Shown piece by piece: positions 10,825 through 25,700 of a stretch of DNA of 26,834 bases. The stretch's first letter is position 1. The number at the start of each line of letters is the position of its first letter. The notes under the pieces are model-generated. The model had not been told where the DNA came from, searched no databases, and was given only the letters and a program-made list of their open reading frames with translations. This stretch comes from Rozella allomycis CSF55 (Eukaryota): positions 62,001 to 88,834 of the forward strand of contig KE560949.1 of NCBI GenBank assembly GCA_000442015.1, written 5' to 3'. Both the position numbers and the translations under genes were made by a program.

Positions 10825-12942
10825 ATGTTTGCCGTTTTCGACGTTTGGGATTTTTTAATCCTGTTAGCATTAGCTATTGGATCTTTCTTGTATTTTAAAG
10901 GAAAAGACTTTACATTTTTTTCTAAAACGCGTGAAGTTGAAAAGGACACAACGCCAGTTCAGCAGGTTTCGGCATATATCAATACAAGAAACTTTGTTGA
11001 AAAAATGATTTTAAATAATAAGCATGTTATTATTTTCTATGGATCTCAAACTGGAACAGCTGAAGATTATGCAAATGGCTTGGCCAAGGAACTACAAGAA
11101 TATGGATTGGAGTCGATTGCTGCTGATCTCGATGATTATGATATGGATAATTTGAATAGTCTACCGAGTGATAGATTTGTCATTTTTCTTCTGGCTACCT
11201 ACGGCGAAGGCGAGCCCACTGACAATGCCGCTGCTTTCTATTCTGGGTTAATGGAAAGCAATGAAAATTTGGAAAATGTTCATTTTGCCTTGTTTGGTCT
11301 AGGAAATACAACATATGAACATTATAACAAAGTTGGAAATGACGTTTTTGACAAACTAGTTAAATTGAACGCCGCTCCATTAATTGAGAAAGGCTTAGGC
11401 GATGCTGATAAATCGTAATCTTTATACTGAATTGTTTTATTAGAATGGAGGAAGACTTTTTAACTTGGAAGGAAACCCTGATTCCGGAGCTGTGCATATT
11501 TTTCAAAATCCCGCCAATTAAAAAGAACAGAAAGTAAATTTATGTTTTTAAGATCCTAAAGAGAGTGTATTTACAAATTAATAGAACTCGATTTTACAGA
11601 CATAAAACCCAAAACTAGATGGGGTAGCAAAAAGTAAAAGGTTTTAAAATGCTTAATTAGCCCAAACGTTTATGATGCGAATAATCCATATTATACCAAA
11701 ATTGTTGGCTACAAAAATTTGACGCCCTATGCTGATAGAGTTTGCATGAAAATTGACCTCCAAATCGAAAAAGATTTGGCATACCAAACTGGAGATCATT
11801 TAGGTGTATTACCTGAGAACGATCCCGATAAAGTTCTATTGTTAGCCACCTTGTTAGGAATTTGTGAAAAACTGGATGAAATGTTCAATTTAATTCCAGT
11901 GGACCCTTCATCTAAAAAGTCTATTTTTCCTTGCCCAACTACTCATAGAATCGCATTAACAAATTTCATTGATATTTTAGCCATTCCAAAAACAAGCACC
12001 GTTGCATTATTGGCAGATTACGCGGAAAATGAAGGTGAAAAAGACCATTTATTAAGTTTGATTGGTACAACAAACAAGGAGAGATATTACGATTACATTA
12101 TCAACCCTTGTAGAACAATCATCAATATTTTACAAGAACATTCTTCGATCAAAATACCAGTGAATGTTCTATATGAATCATTACCGAAACTTCAAGTTAG
12201 ATATTATTCAATATCTTCGTCGTCTTTAGTAAAATAGTTTTAATCAAAGTAAAGATTTCACCTGAGACTGTATCAATTACAGCTGTGCGGCTCGAATACA
12301 AAACCACGTTAGGGGCAATTAGAAAGGGAATTGCAACACACTTTCTTTTCAATAAATCGCAAGAATTAAACTCGGGAATTCCAGTCTTTATTAGAAAATC
12401 AAACTTTAGATTACCAAAGAATCCTCAATTACCTGTGATTATGATAGGGCCTGGAACTGGAATAGCTCCATTCTTTGCGTTTATTCAAGAACGAGCATTT
12501 AAGAAGAGTAACGGTAACTAAAAGCATATCTCTCTATTAGGACAACCAATTGGACCAACAGTTCTTTATTTTGGTTGTAGAAACGAATCAAGAGATTTCA
12601 TGTATAAAGACGAATTGACTACATACGTAGAATCAGGGTTACTTACTCTGCACACAGCGTTCTCCAGAGACCAAGTACTTTGTTTTCATTATGCTTATTT
12701 AGGAAAAGAAAATATATGTCCAAAATAGGTTGCTCGAAAATGGCCAAGAGATGTATGAATTGGTCAATAACAAAAACGCGGTGATATATGTTTGCGGAGA
12801 TGCCAAGAATATGGCGAGAGAAGTGAACAAGGCTTGGTGTGATATTTTTGAAAAGCACGGTTCAATGTCACAACAACAAGCTGTTGACAAAGTTAAACAA
12901 TTACGCTCTAAAGGTCGATATTTAGAGGATATTTGGAGTTGA
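10825..12942 (+). CDS. NCP1: NADPH-cytochrome P450 reductase
   Basis: N-terminal membrane anchor. FMN motifs YGSQTGTAE, ATYGEGEPTDNA, FGLGNTTYEHYN. FAD/NADPH motifs RYYSISSS, MIGPGTGIAPF, YFGCR, YVCGDAKNMA. Ends DIWS*. Six GT-AG introns. Confidence 0.96.
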
Positions 12943-13026
12943 ATAATAAAATAGATTATTGTCAAATGTTCATTTATCAATTTTAAGTTATTGTAGTCGG
13001 ATTGCGAAAGACGAAATTTCTGGTTT

Positions 13027-14515
<1,489 letters not shown>

Positions 14516-14594
14516 TCATTAAATATAAATCTAATAAACCTTTTATACATTTAGTGTTGAAATTGTTCACGCCCAAATCCCAGCCACCAAAAAA

Positions 14595-15785
14595 ATGAAT
14601 TATCTAACGCCTTTTCAGAAAGGCCTACTGGCATTATTCCTTGTTGTATTCTTAGAAAGCGCTTCAGACTTTCTTATTCAAGTAATTTTCAGGCCTATAT
14701 TTTATGCTTAGCACTTTCAACGCGAAGCTGTAAAGATTGAGCATACCAATCGATCATTCATGTCTACATATTTCGCCATGTTCGTTTTACAATTTTATTT
14801 ACCTATGTTTTACTTTGGGTAAGCTATTTTGACTATTCGTGACACAGAAAATCAGTTAAGCAATGCTATGGTCAAAAACCTGAGTGTGTCGTTTCTTCAA
14901 CTAAAACAAACTCTGTATATTCTGACAAAGAAAAAGAAAAATCTCTTCGAACTGAGGAAACTGAAAGTTGTAAGAATAGTGACCATGGTCCGTATACATT
15001 TAACAAGGTAAAAGAATGTGATTTGAAAAATGTAGACATTCAAAATATCTATTTTATTTGGCTTTCTGTACTTTATTGAAATGTATTTTGATACATTCTC
15101 GCTGTGCTCTATATCTGTCGCATCTAGCTCAATCCTCAGCAACATGTCATCTATCTTTACTCTAATCCTGTCCATCCCTTTGAAAATTGAAAGGGCTACG
15201 TTTTTTAAAGTGATTGCCGCGATAATTACAATTGCTAGTGCAGGATTACTGTGCCTTGATACTGAAAGCAATCACCCAATGGGAATTATATTTGCGTTAC
15301 TTTGTGCATTTGCTTTTAGTTGTTATTCAGTTCTTTTGAGAAAATTGGCACCCCAAGAAGACAGATTAAATACTGTATTGTTATTTGGCTTGGTTGGTGT
15401 GATTAATTTGCTTACCCTGTGGCCATTTATGTTTATTTTACATTACATGGGAGTTGAAACACTGGAAATACCCCCTAAATCTGTTATGATTGAATTAATT
15501 CTGACTCATGTCATTTGTACATTTCCTCAAGTCTATTTCTTGATCTATGCCCAGAAACGAACGTCACCTGTAGTAGTCTCGATTGGCATGGGAATGAGTA
15601 TTCCTTTATCCATTGTTGGAAACATATTGATTAATAATGAATTTCCTACACCCATGATGTTAATATCTGGTATATGCGCATTAGTTGGCTTTGTGTTTGT
15701 TAATTTGGCTGAATTTAAACCAAAGTGGGATGAAATAATCCAGTCCCGGATTACGTCTTTTTTCCACAAGAATTTTTGCCGGTAG
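14595..15785 (+). CDS. Drug/metabolite transporter superfamily (EamA / SLC35F-like) membrane protein
   Basis: ATG 14595 and three GT-AG introns join to ORF 15081-15785. Many TM helices. Motifs SVASSSILSNMSSIFTL, GIIFALLCAFAFSCYSVLL, LFGLVGVINLLTLWP, TSPVVVSIGMGMSIPLS. Confidence 0.85.
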
Positions 15786-15866
15786 CGTTCCTTCAAGCCT
15801 GGAATATGCTGATGCAAATAAACTTAATATTTTAGTATTTGAAAATAAGAGAAGCACCGATTTTAT

Positions 15867-16788
15867 TTAAAACAATTTATCTAGAGCCTTCTTAGACACT
15901 TCGACACCAAAGAAACAAGCAGCATTGGCAGGGAACGCTCTGATCATGGCTGGACCTAATCCTCTAAATAGGGCGCCTGGGCCTTCATTTTTGACAAGCT
16001 TAGAAAACACATCAACTGCTCCTGTGTACATGCCCTCTGGTGCTGACTGTAATCTTGATTTAACAACATCTGCAGGTATTGCTACCGCCCAGTTAGCTAT
16101 TCCGGCTGCACCTCCTGCAAACAAAACTGCCATCGAATTCAATTGGTCAGGAGTGGATCCAGCTGGAGTTAATAATTTTTTTGTTATTTCATACGCGCCA
16201 AAATAGGCGACTGATCCTGGAATATCTCTTGCTAAAGTTGCACCAGTTCCCCTAAAGATTGATCTCATACCACCCTCCTTGTATAATTTAGCTGCAGCAT
16301 CGATAGGCCCAGAATATAGCTTTTCCTTTCCTGCACCTTGTGTCTGCAAAAGCACTTTAATTCTTTCCGATGGCGCCATTAGGGCAGTAGCAGGAATTGC
16401 GGAAAATCCACCCGCAAATAGAATTTGAGACATCGCTAATGGCTCATCTGGTCCACTTCTCCATAAAGTTTTGGCGATGGATTTGCCAAGATCATATCCC
16501 CAAAAGCATATTGCAAATATCGGTGTGACCTATGTCATATTATTGAGCATTAGTTACTCCAACAAGAGGGGTGGCCATTCCTCTGTATAATCCTTTTATG
16601 CCTTCTTTTGCAAATATAGTTTTAACCGCATTGAACAAACCTGTGTATTCTTTAGATGTTTGGAGACGAACTTTGATCAAATCAAATGGATGACCAACAA
16701 AAACAAGACACATGCCTCCAAATCCGCCAGATAAGAAACTTTTGATACTTTGATATTTGTTGACCTTGGCTGATTCAGTGTCCGACAT
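15867..16788 (-). CDS. CRC1: Mitochondrial carnitine/acylcarnitine carrier (SLC25A20-like)
   Basis: Three carrier signatures ([33 protein letters not shown]), plus [16 protein letters not shown] and [10 protein letters not shown]. One 28-nt intron. Confidence 0.9.
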
Positions 16789-17037
16789 TGCTTACCAGGG
16801 TATTTCCATGTGAAATATTTAAAATATGTCTCATGTGAACGTGTAGGATATCTCTTTCAGTTTAGTTATAAATTCAAACTCGTTTTACACTTAATTTACA
16901 CCTTAATCAATATTATATTTTCTGTCAAGCAAATTCGCAATTTATTTCTACGAGTCTATTTACTAGTATTATTTGGCGCGTCAGCAATTAATTTCTCCCT
17001 AAATGATGGTGAGATATGAGAAATCGAAATTTCTAAA

Positions 17038-19312
17038 ATGCCTGTCCATCATTTAGATTTTTTTCTTGCCGAAATAAGAGTTATACATAATGATAAACTC
17101 TCTTCTATTGAAGGAATAAGACTTGGAATTGATGCTCAATATTGGTTACGTCGTATAGTTGGAAGAGAAGCGTACCATACGATGATGGGAGGTGCTCCCT
17201 GGGACTTTAGAGCACACATAGAAAAAGAAATTAATATTCTAAAGTAAATTTTTAGTCTATAATTGTTAAAGAAAATTAAAAATCACGCCAGTTTTTGTAT
17301 TTCCGGGGTTGTCGTTGTGTGTTAAAGGGAGCAAGCCAAAATTTCCTAATGACAAGGAGCGAATGGAAAAACGGGAGGCTGCTTGGAATCTTTATGAGAA
17401 CGGAGAAGTTGATAAAGCATTGAATCTATTTTCGTCGACATCCAGTATCTATAATTTTCATGAATAATATAGATGGCCAAAGTAATGAAATGATGATGCA
17501 ACACTTGATGCTTATTTTAAGAGAATTGAATGTTGAATTTATGAGAGCTCCATATTCGTCGTTGGCTCAATTGGCATACTTTGCTTCCAGTGAAATCAAT
17601 TACGTACATTTAGTTTTCGCTCCTTCTGATATTCTACTGTATCAAGTAGAGAGAGTGATAATTGCTCTTGATTGCGACAAAGATGTTTGCAATTGGGTTG
17701 ACAAGGAGCAATTGTTGCATGAAATCCAGTTAGACGAAGATCAATTTTTAGATTTTTGTTTATTGGCTGGATATGAAGACTGCCCAACCTTTCCTCCTTT
17801 TGCTGAGACCCCTGGATCTTTCAATATAAAGTCCGTATTTGAGATTTTCAAGCAATATGGCTCTGGATCATATATTATTTCTAGTTATTACGATCACCCT
17901 AAAGTCAAGGAGATTAACTATGGAGATATATTCGCGAGATCTAAATGTTACGTAAAACATCATTTAATCATGGATGAAAATGCAAGTGTGCAGCCCCTCG
18001 ACATGGACACATCTCCTTCGTAAAAATGAATTTTATTGATTATAGCGACTTACATGAAATAATAGGAAGTCAATTACCACAAGTTGTTTATTTTCTTTTG
18101 TCTCTTGGCTATCTTTCTCCTCATACGATCAATGGTCTTTTAAGTGGAAACTTTATGGAATATCGACCCTTGTGTGGTGGGAATACCAAGGAATACAAAA
18201 ATTTCTTGAGAGATCACATAGCTACTTACACTCAAACTTTGAATTATTTGACCCATACTTTGCACGGGTACTTTAGAAATTCTAAAGTGGTAAGAGGTAC
18301 CTTAAATCACTATTAGAATGTTTCATATTGGTTTGATTATGAACACAAGCTAAAGGTCCCATTGGAGCACAACTTTAGCCCCTCGCTTTACGAGTCTCTA
18401 AATTGGATTGTTCCACATGACTTTCGACATTTCATTCATCAACTTAACGTAAATAATTTTCTATTTATTAATAAGCAAAACAAGACTGATTTATTTGCTT
18501 GTTTAAGGTTCCTTCGCATATCCCCTGAAAGTGGGTATAGAACCAGGGGTTTGTTGTCGAATTCGCCATTAACAACGAAAGATGAAGTTTTGGCATCAAT
18601 TTTTTGGAGATTTTTGGAGTTGAGAAATTTTATTGACACTGAACACATCTTGACATTTAACGGTACTGCATTGTCTACCTTGGAAACCTTACATCAAGAA
18701 GAAATACTATTAGCTGTTGAACTGATGAAGTCCAAGTTACTTCATGGTAGACCGTTTTCCAATGAAATCTTAGAATTGGAATCTAAAGAAGATGTCTACA
18801 TTCGCTTGATATCCAGAGCTTGTTGTTTACTTCATCCAATTTCCAAGTTGGACTCCCAGTGGAATGGTAAAGTTGATAGGTACTTGTTGCCTTTTGTTTC
18901 ATGCATCAATTCTTTGAAAAGCTCTTTTAGAGGTTTAATGGATGCAATACTAGTTAGTCTTGCCTATCACGACCACTTAGAACTTACTCCTACTCAATTT
19001 CATGATATTTTAACCTCTATGCCATTTTCAATTCAATCTTCCTCGGCTCTTGGCTGTCTTTGCTCACGTTTCCTTCAATTATACAAACTCGAGTCTGGAC
19101 CAAAAATATTCAAAACTCTTTCATCAGAGTACACTGGTTGGGGTAACGTTGCAATGGACCTTAAAGTCTGTATGGAATTCTTTGATCAAGTAACTGCCGT
19201 TGTTAAATTTATTTATCAAAACTTTCGCGGGATTCCCGAGGCTGTCTATAATGAATTCTCTGAAGCCAATGATTGGCTTCAAGGACCAAAAAAATTACTT
19301 TTAAATATATAA
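17038..19312 (+). CDS. MKT1: Mkt1-like XPG/PIN-fold post-transcriptional regulator
   Basis: RLGIDAQYWL, ITPVFVFPG, VEFMRAPYSSLAQLAYF, FLDFCLLAG, PSDLHEIIGSQLP, IFWRFLELRNFI, LISRACC. About five GT-AG introns. Confidence 0.85.
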
Positions 19313-19460
19313 AGCGCTATTTTGTTCCTTTTTATTTTAAATTTGTTCCTGTTCTAGTATTTGTTGATTGGGCGGCTTAGTTACGGGAATCGCCCGACAT
19401 TGTTTAGTCGCATTGTAAAATTAAACCTTGATTGTAATCACTAGTCATTATAATAAAACA

Positions 19461-20631
19461 ATGGGTATTTGTGCTAGCAAAGAAGATCAAGAGAACAAAC
19501 GCAAAAATGAAGAGATTGAGAATCAATTAAAAAATGAACAATTAAAAGCCAGCAAGGAAGTAAAGATGCTTTTATTGGGTAAGATGGTCTTGATTGATTA
19601 ATATAGGTGCTGGTGAATCCGGCAAGAGTACTATTCTTAAACAGATGAAATACATTTATGATGGTGGTTACAATGAAGACGAGAAAGATTCTTTCAAAGA
19701 AATTATCTTCTCTAACACAGTTCAGTCCATGAGAGTTATCCTGGAGGCTATGGATCGATTATCAATTCCACTAGGAGATTCAGGCAACCAAAAGTTTAAG
19801 GATGTCCTTTTTGCTCTTCCAAGTCAAATCGAGAGTGAAAGTTTTCCAAAAGACGCCGCTGAAGCCATTAAGGCTTTATGGGCGGATACTGGAGTACAGG
19901 AAGCCTTCCGTCGCTCCTCTGAGTATCAATTGAATGACTCTGCCAAATAGTAACCGTAATTTTTTTACTTAAGCAGCTACTTTGAGTCTATAGATCGTAT
20001 TTCAGATCCTACGTACAAACCAACAGACCAGGATGTTCTTCGTTCTCGTGTCAAGACCACAGGTATCACAGAAAGCACTTTTACAATTGGTGATTTAACA
20101 TACAAGTATATTTATTGGGTGTTATTTTTAGGTTATTTGATGTTGGTGGTCAAAGGTCTGAACGAAAGAAATGGATTCATTGTTTTGAAAACGTTACTGC
20201 TATTGTTTTCTTAGTGGCCATTTCTGAATATGACCAGAAGTTGGTCGAAGATGAGTCTGTCAATCGAATGAATGAGGCCTTGACGTTGTTTGACTCTATT
20301 TGTAATAGCAGATGGTTCGTCAAAACCTCCATCATCTTGTTTTTAAATAAGATTGATAGATTCAAAGATAAAATACTTGTTTCTCCCATCGAAGCTACAT
20401 TTCCAGAATATACCGGTAAAATTATACCAGTGGCTACAAATAGGTGGTACTGACTTTGATTCAGCGTGCAAGTTCTTTTCAGACAAGTTTACATCTTTGA
20501 ATCAATCAGAAACAAAGCAGATTTACGTCCACTTTACTTGTGCTACTGATACTAACCAAATTAAGTTTGTTATGGCTGCGGTTAATGATATTATCATTCA
20601 AGCTAATCTACGTGACTGTGGTCTCCTTTAA
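19461..20631 (+). CDS. Heterotrimeric G protein alpha subunit, Gi-like (fungal group I)
   Basis: MGIC myristoylation/palmitoylation start, [45 protein letters not shown], ending DCGLL*. Four GT-AG introns. Confidence 0.96.
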
Positions 20632-20725
20632 AACGTCAATAAATCAGCTTCTTTTCTTTGACAAGATATCATTTACCTTTTTCGAATACCTAAAAGTTGT
20701 AGACATACATTTTTTGATCTCGGCT

Positions 20726-20738
20726 GTTGCCTAGATAC
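20726..20738. promoter_or_regulatory. X-box-like motif GTTGCCTAGATAC
   Basis: Perfect GTTGCC half-site plus degenerate second half, 10 nt upstream of ATG 20749. Confidence 0.4.
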
Positions 20739-20748
20739 TTTCAAAGGA

Positions 20749-22672
20749 ATGCATGCCATCGAATCCAACTTCAGCAGTACAAATAATGTCGACGCAAACA
20801 GCAACGAAGATGTTAAGCAAAGTGATATTAATCCGTTAAACTCGTTATTGCGCAAAGATATTTTAGATACGTTTTGGACATACAAAGAAAAGACAAAATC
20901 AATTCTTTTTGATAACCCAATGGAGGTTTCTGAATACTTTCCAATGATGAAATACATGACTGGCGCTACCAAAAGGGAAAATCTTATTGTCGAAAAAACC
21001 TTGGACGATCTCGATCATTTGCCGGCTATTCAAAATAATCATTTTATTACCAGCAAGGTCAAAAACTCTACAGAAACGCCCTTGTTGAATTTATATAATA
21101 ACTACAGGCGAGAAGATATAAATAAGTTAAGAGTTAACCGAAAGTCTGAGAAAACACACGCAATGCCCTTGGAAAACAATAAGTTTCAACAAGAAGTCAA
21201 TCAAGTTCAACCCAAGAATTGGTCCGAACTACACAATATGATGGGTAATTGTATTTAGGGCGTAAGAAAGATCAGGCAAAAGCTTTCAAATTCGATAAGA
21301 CAACAGATATTGAGTTTGATGGAGTTGTGGAAAATACAAGGAGGAAGGATAACCGGAGTAATAAAAGAAAAGAGGAAATTGATATAACTATGAATATAAC
21401 CAACCAAAAGTACGACAATGAAATAAGCAAAGTATTGATGAAGCAAAAAAAGGTTATGACAATGACGGAAGAAATTAGATCCCTCATAAAGGATTTGCAA
21501 TCCAACGAAAGCATGAAATTTGCTTTTTATGAGGGGATTGGTAGAATATTATTTGCAATTAGTAGTTAAGAACATCGAAAGAAACTGCAGATGGCTAAAG
21601 AGAAGTACAATTTTGTTTCATCAAATAAATCGATAAGAAATGACAAATTGGAAAAAATAAAGGAATCAGTAACAATATTAGTATTATATTTTTGGCAATT
21701 CTGCATGAAGAAAAATTAGACAAAATATTGAAGACTAAAAGAATTATAGAAGCTGATAGGCTAGAAAAAATCCTTAAATCATTGAAAAAGAAAGGAACCA
21801 AAGTAATGCGTTATAAATATCGGCTATATAGCTTTACATAGTTCAAATGAAGGATACAGAAAACGACATCTTCAACAAACGACAGAAATGGTCTTGTCTA
21901 ATTAAGCTATTTGCAAGACTACAGGAATTAAAGAATAATCAAAAGGTATATCTATATATTTTCTTGCATCGAAGGCCAATCAAGTTGAACTCAAAGAGAG
22001 GCAAACTCAAAAATGGGCTATTGATATGATCCAATCATTTTATCTCAAACATCATAAAGAAATAGGAGAGAAAAGATATCAAGTATCTCTAGCCGCTCTA
22101 AAAAAGTATAATTTATCATGCGATGAATATAGGGTTCTACCGCCTTACGTCCACTGTTGGGTAAAAAACCGTCAAGACCAGGCCTCTTCCATCATTCAAA
22201 AATTCGTTCGTGACAATGTTGATATGGCTTCAATTATGAGACTGTCAAAAACATTTTTGTTATCAGGTAATCAAACTATACGCAACTTTATTTAAAGTCC
22301 TCAAAATTCAAAAAGTTTACCGCGATTATTCAGAGTTTATTAACGCACAAGTTATTCTAATTGCTTATCAATTTGAAAAGTACAAAAAGCAAAAGATTAT
22401 TGACTCTTTAAAGAAGCCTACTCAAGAAGAAATTAACACTATAAAAAATTTGACTACTTTTAATGGTGTGATTTTCACTGATGATATTGAAAAAACTGAT
22501 AAAAAATTGGACCAGATTGAGTTATTTTTAAGAAAAAGAAGGCATAAACATCTTCAATCTCCTAACAAAACTGGAAAACGACACAAAGTACTAACCACTT
22601 CATTTGTAATAACATTAGATACTTTTACTCAAATCCGAGCTTGAAGAGCTAGAAAAACGGATATTGGATTGA
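20749..22672 (+). CDS. Coiled-coil protein with IQ-like motifs, unknown function
   Basis: The ORF fragments join through about nine 26-33 nt introns (one GT-TG) to TGA 22670-22672, followed by AATAAA. IQ-like segments IDMIQSFY, SIIQKFVR, LKIQKVYR. Confidence 0.7.
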
Positions 22673-22791
22673 AGAATGCGCTTATTAAATAAAACATCTA
22701 AAAAAAATTTTCTACTTATTCATTATTATGCAATATGAAAAACAAGACTATTAAAGATGACGAGAACAAACAATTTATTTCATTATATATA

Positions 22792-25700
22792 TTAGTTTTT
22801 CATTCGATAGGCTTGTACCTGAGGCATTGGAGGAGGAGGCGGTGGAGGTATTCCACTTGTCACATTCTGATTGCCACCTGTTCGAGGTTGTGGTCCTTGT
22901 TGTCTTGCCACAGACGCAGCGACGTAATTTTTCTGTACTTGGATGTTGTCTTTAAAATAAACAAAAAATGAATACCTTGAGTTTCCTGGCTTTCAAATCT
23001 TTCAATCGGTCCTATGATAAAGGCAGAATAAAATTACTTGTGGGTGGTCTTCTGTTTTGTTGAGTTTGTGGTAAGGCCTGCTGGGTCGCTTTTTTATAAA
23101 GAAATTATTTAATTTACGTATTTCATCATATTCGTTGTTCAAGTTCGTATTTCTATACATTTGTGAAGGTGGGGGAGGTGGGGGTACGGCCATTTTTATT
23201 GGAGAAGGTTTGTTAGGAATCGATTCCAATTCATAACTATTTGCGTAAGCTGATGGAGCCATAGGACGAAATTGCTCCGCGTTCCGGTTATTCGAAAACT
23301 GAGGTCCAGACGTTATACTATTATTGCTATTATTGAATTTTTCTGGAGGCGGAGGAGGCGGAATTGGATTATATGCTTGTTTTTTAGAATTTAAGCGTGC
23401 CTGCTCTATGTTCTCGCTAATTGAGGACTGGGAGATTTGTCCGGTGGTGTTATGGAATGATGGAGGAGGAGGAGGAGGAATTGGATTAAGAGTTTGTTGT
23501 TTAGAATTTGGACGCAGCTGCTCCGCGTTTCGGGTACCGGAAAACTGAGATTCCACATCCAGAGGAACATTATTATGGAAAGTTGGTGGTGGAGGTGGAA
23601 TTGCATTATTTTTTTGTTGTTTAGAAATCGGAAGAAACTTCTCCGTGTCTCGACTATTAGAAATTTGAGATCCCAGAGGTGCATTATTATGGAATGATGG
23701 TGGTGGTGGAGGCGGAGGAATTTGGTTATTAGGTTGTTGTTTAGAATTTGGAAGCTTCTGCTCTGTGATCCGGCCATTAGAAAACTGAGATTCTAGACTC
23801 ACATTATTATTATTGAATTTTGATGAGGGTGGAGGAGGGTTTTGAGTTTGGACTTTGGAGTTTATACGAGATTGCTCAGAGGTCCTGTCATTCGAAGACT
23901 GAGCTACTTGATTTGCAAACTTCCCACTATTACTGAATGCTGGAGGAGGCGGAGGAATTTGGTTATTAGCCTGTTTTTGTTGCCTATTGTTTGGATATGA
24001 ATATTCGTAGCCTTCGTCTTGTGCATTATCAATAGAATCAGAAATGTTTTGAAAATTAGCTACTCTTGGAGGCGATGAAATTTCATGGTTTTGTAGCCCC
24101 TGTCTCATATTTAGGTTAGTTCGGCTGTTATTGGTAATGGGACCTTCTGATGATATATATTGTTGTTGGGACTGTATTTTTGGAGGTATATTTTGCGGCT
24201 GTCGGGCATTCAGGCTCATACCGTACGATTCTGGAGGACTGTTATTTTGAATTCGTGACTGAGGTTGTCTCGTATTCTTTTCCATTTTCTTTATGTTCTC
24301 ATTTTCAATAGGCGAGTCTTCTTCATCTTCATTAACGTTATTGTTGCGATTTTGAGACGTTGAACGGATTGTATTAGTGCCATAACCTTTTCCGGGAGGC
24401 GGTGGAATAGTCTTTGGGACGTTATGACTGTTCATAGACTGCTTGGGATTAACGGCACTCACATTCTCAGTATAAGGTGAATGCCCTACTTCCGCCATTG
24501 CAGCATTGGTTTTCTTCAGTTTCGCCTTTCTAAGTTGATCAGCAAGTGTTCCTGTTTCTGGTGGCTCGGGGTAATCTTTTATCTTTTTAAAAAGGTTTTA
24601 CCTGCAGCATCTGTCGATTGGATGGTTGGCGATGTTTTAGCGGCAACCAATGGCTTAGTTTGGGCCAGTGGTGGTGCAGTAGCAGCTGTTAAATTTTGCT
24701 TCTTTAGTTTGGCATTTTTTAACTTTTCGGCTAAACTTGATGATACGGGACTGAATTCTTCGTCATTAGGATTCGTATCTAGTTTGTTATTTTGCGTTAT
24801 AGCGCTGGTAGTACTCCACTGGTTGTTTTTGTCAACTTCATGATCCTTCTGTGACTGTGTAGATATCTTATTTAATTTTGCTTTTTTTAATTTTTCTGCC
24901 AAGGAGGAAGTTTTTTCAATCTCGTCGGTCTCATTCTCATTCTTTGATGTTGGACTATAATTGTATGAGACTTGTTCTTTGTAATTATGATTAATCGATT
25001 CATTTTCCGCTTCTATATTTTGGTCATAATCAAAATTCTGGTTATTCATCATTCCTTGATAATCTACAATAGAAGACTTAAGATGAAGCGTACTTTTATG
25101 GTACTCAGTGTCAAATGATTGAATATTTTGTGTTTCTATATAAGCAGACGAAAATTCGTTTTCGACATAAGAATTATTGTTTGAATAAGAGTTAATTATC
25201 GTGCTAGGAGAATAAACACTTCCTTGATTATAACCGGCATGATTTTGCTCTTGGTACTCTAAGAAAATCGAGTAACCATCTTTACGATTGTTATTATTTC
25301 TGATAGGATTAGCCATTTCAGTTTCTATATTTTAGATTCAATTTTAACCATACTCGCAGACATCGGTTTTCTTATTGTGTTCATGTTTTGGATTGGTGGA
25401 GGAGGGGCGTTTCTACTAATAGGAGTAGATATGCTATTTGAAGTGCTGTGTTGAAAAACATCATCAGTATTAGAGGTAAATGAACTTGAGTCAAGATCAG
25501 TTGTATTCCTTTTGTTATCAACGTTGGCATTTATATATTTATCTAAATATAACGTTTTTCAAATTGGTACAATTGCTATTTCCCAGTGGCATATTATTAG
25601 AGGGTGTTTGACTCTTGTTACTTTGGCCTCTTTTTGGAGCTATTTGAATAAAAAAAGTATTAGATACGATTATTTTGCAAATAATCTAACCTTATCTGTA

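Noticed and set aside
19368-19397. GC-rich hairpin TTGGGCGG...TCGCCCGA upstream of the G-alpha gene
   Set aside because: An 8-bp stem with two G:U pairs and no recognisable ncRNA motif is too weak to call.
23270-23990. Repeat array as CRISPR or satellite
   Set aside because: The units are degenerate, in frame and encode polyproline repeats in a eukaryotic gene.
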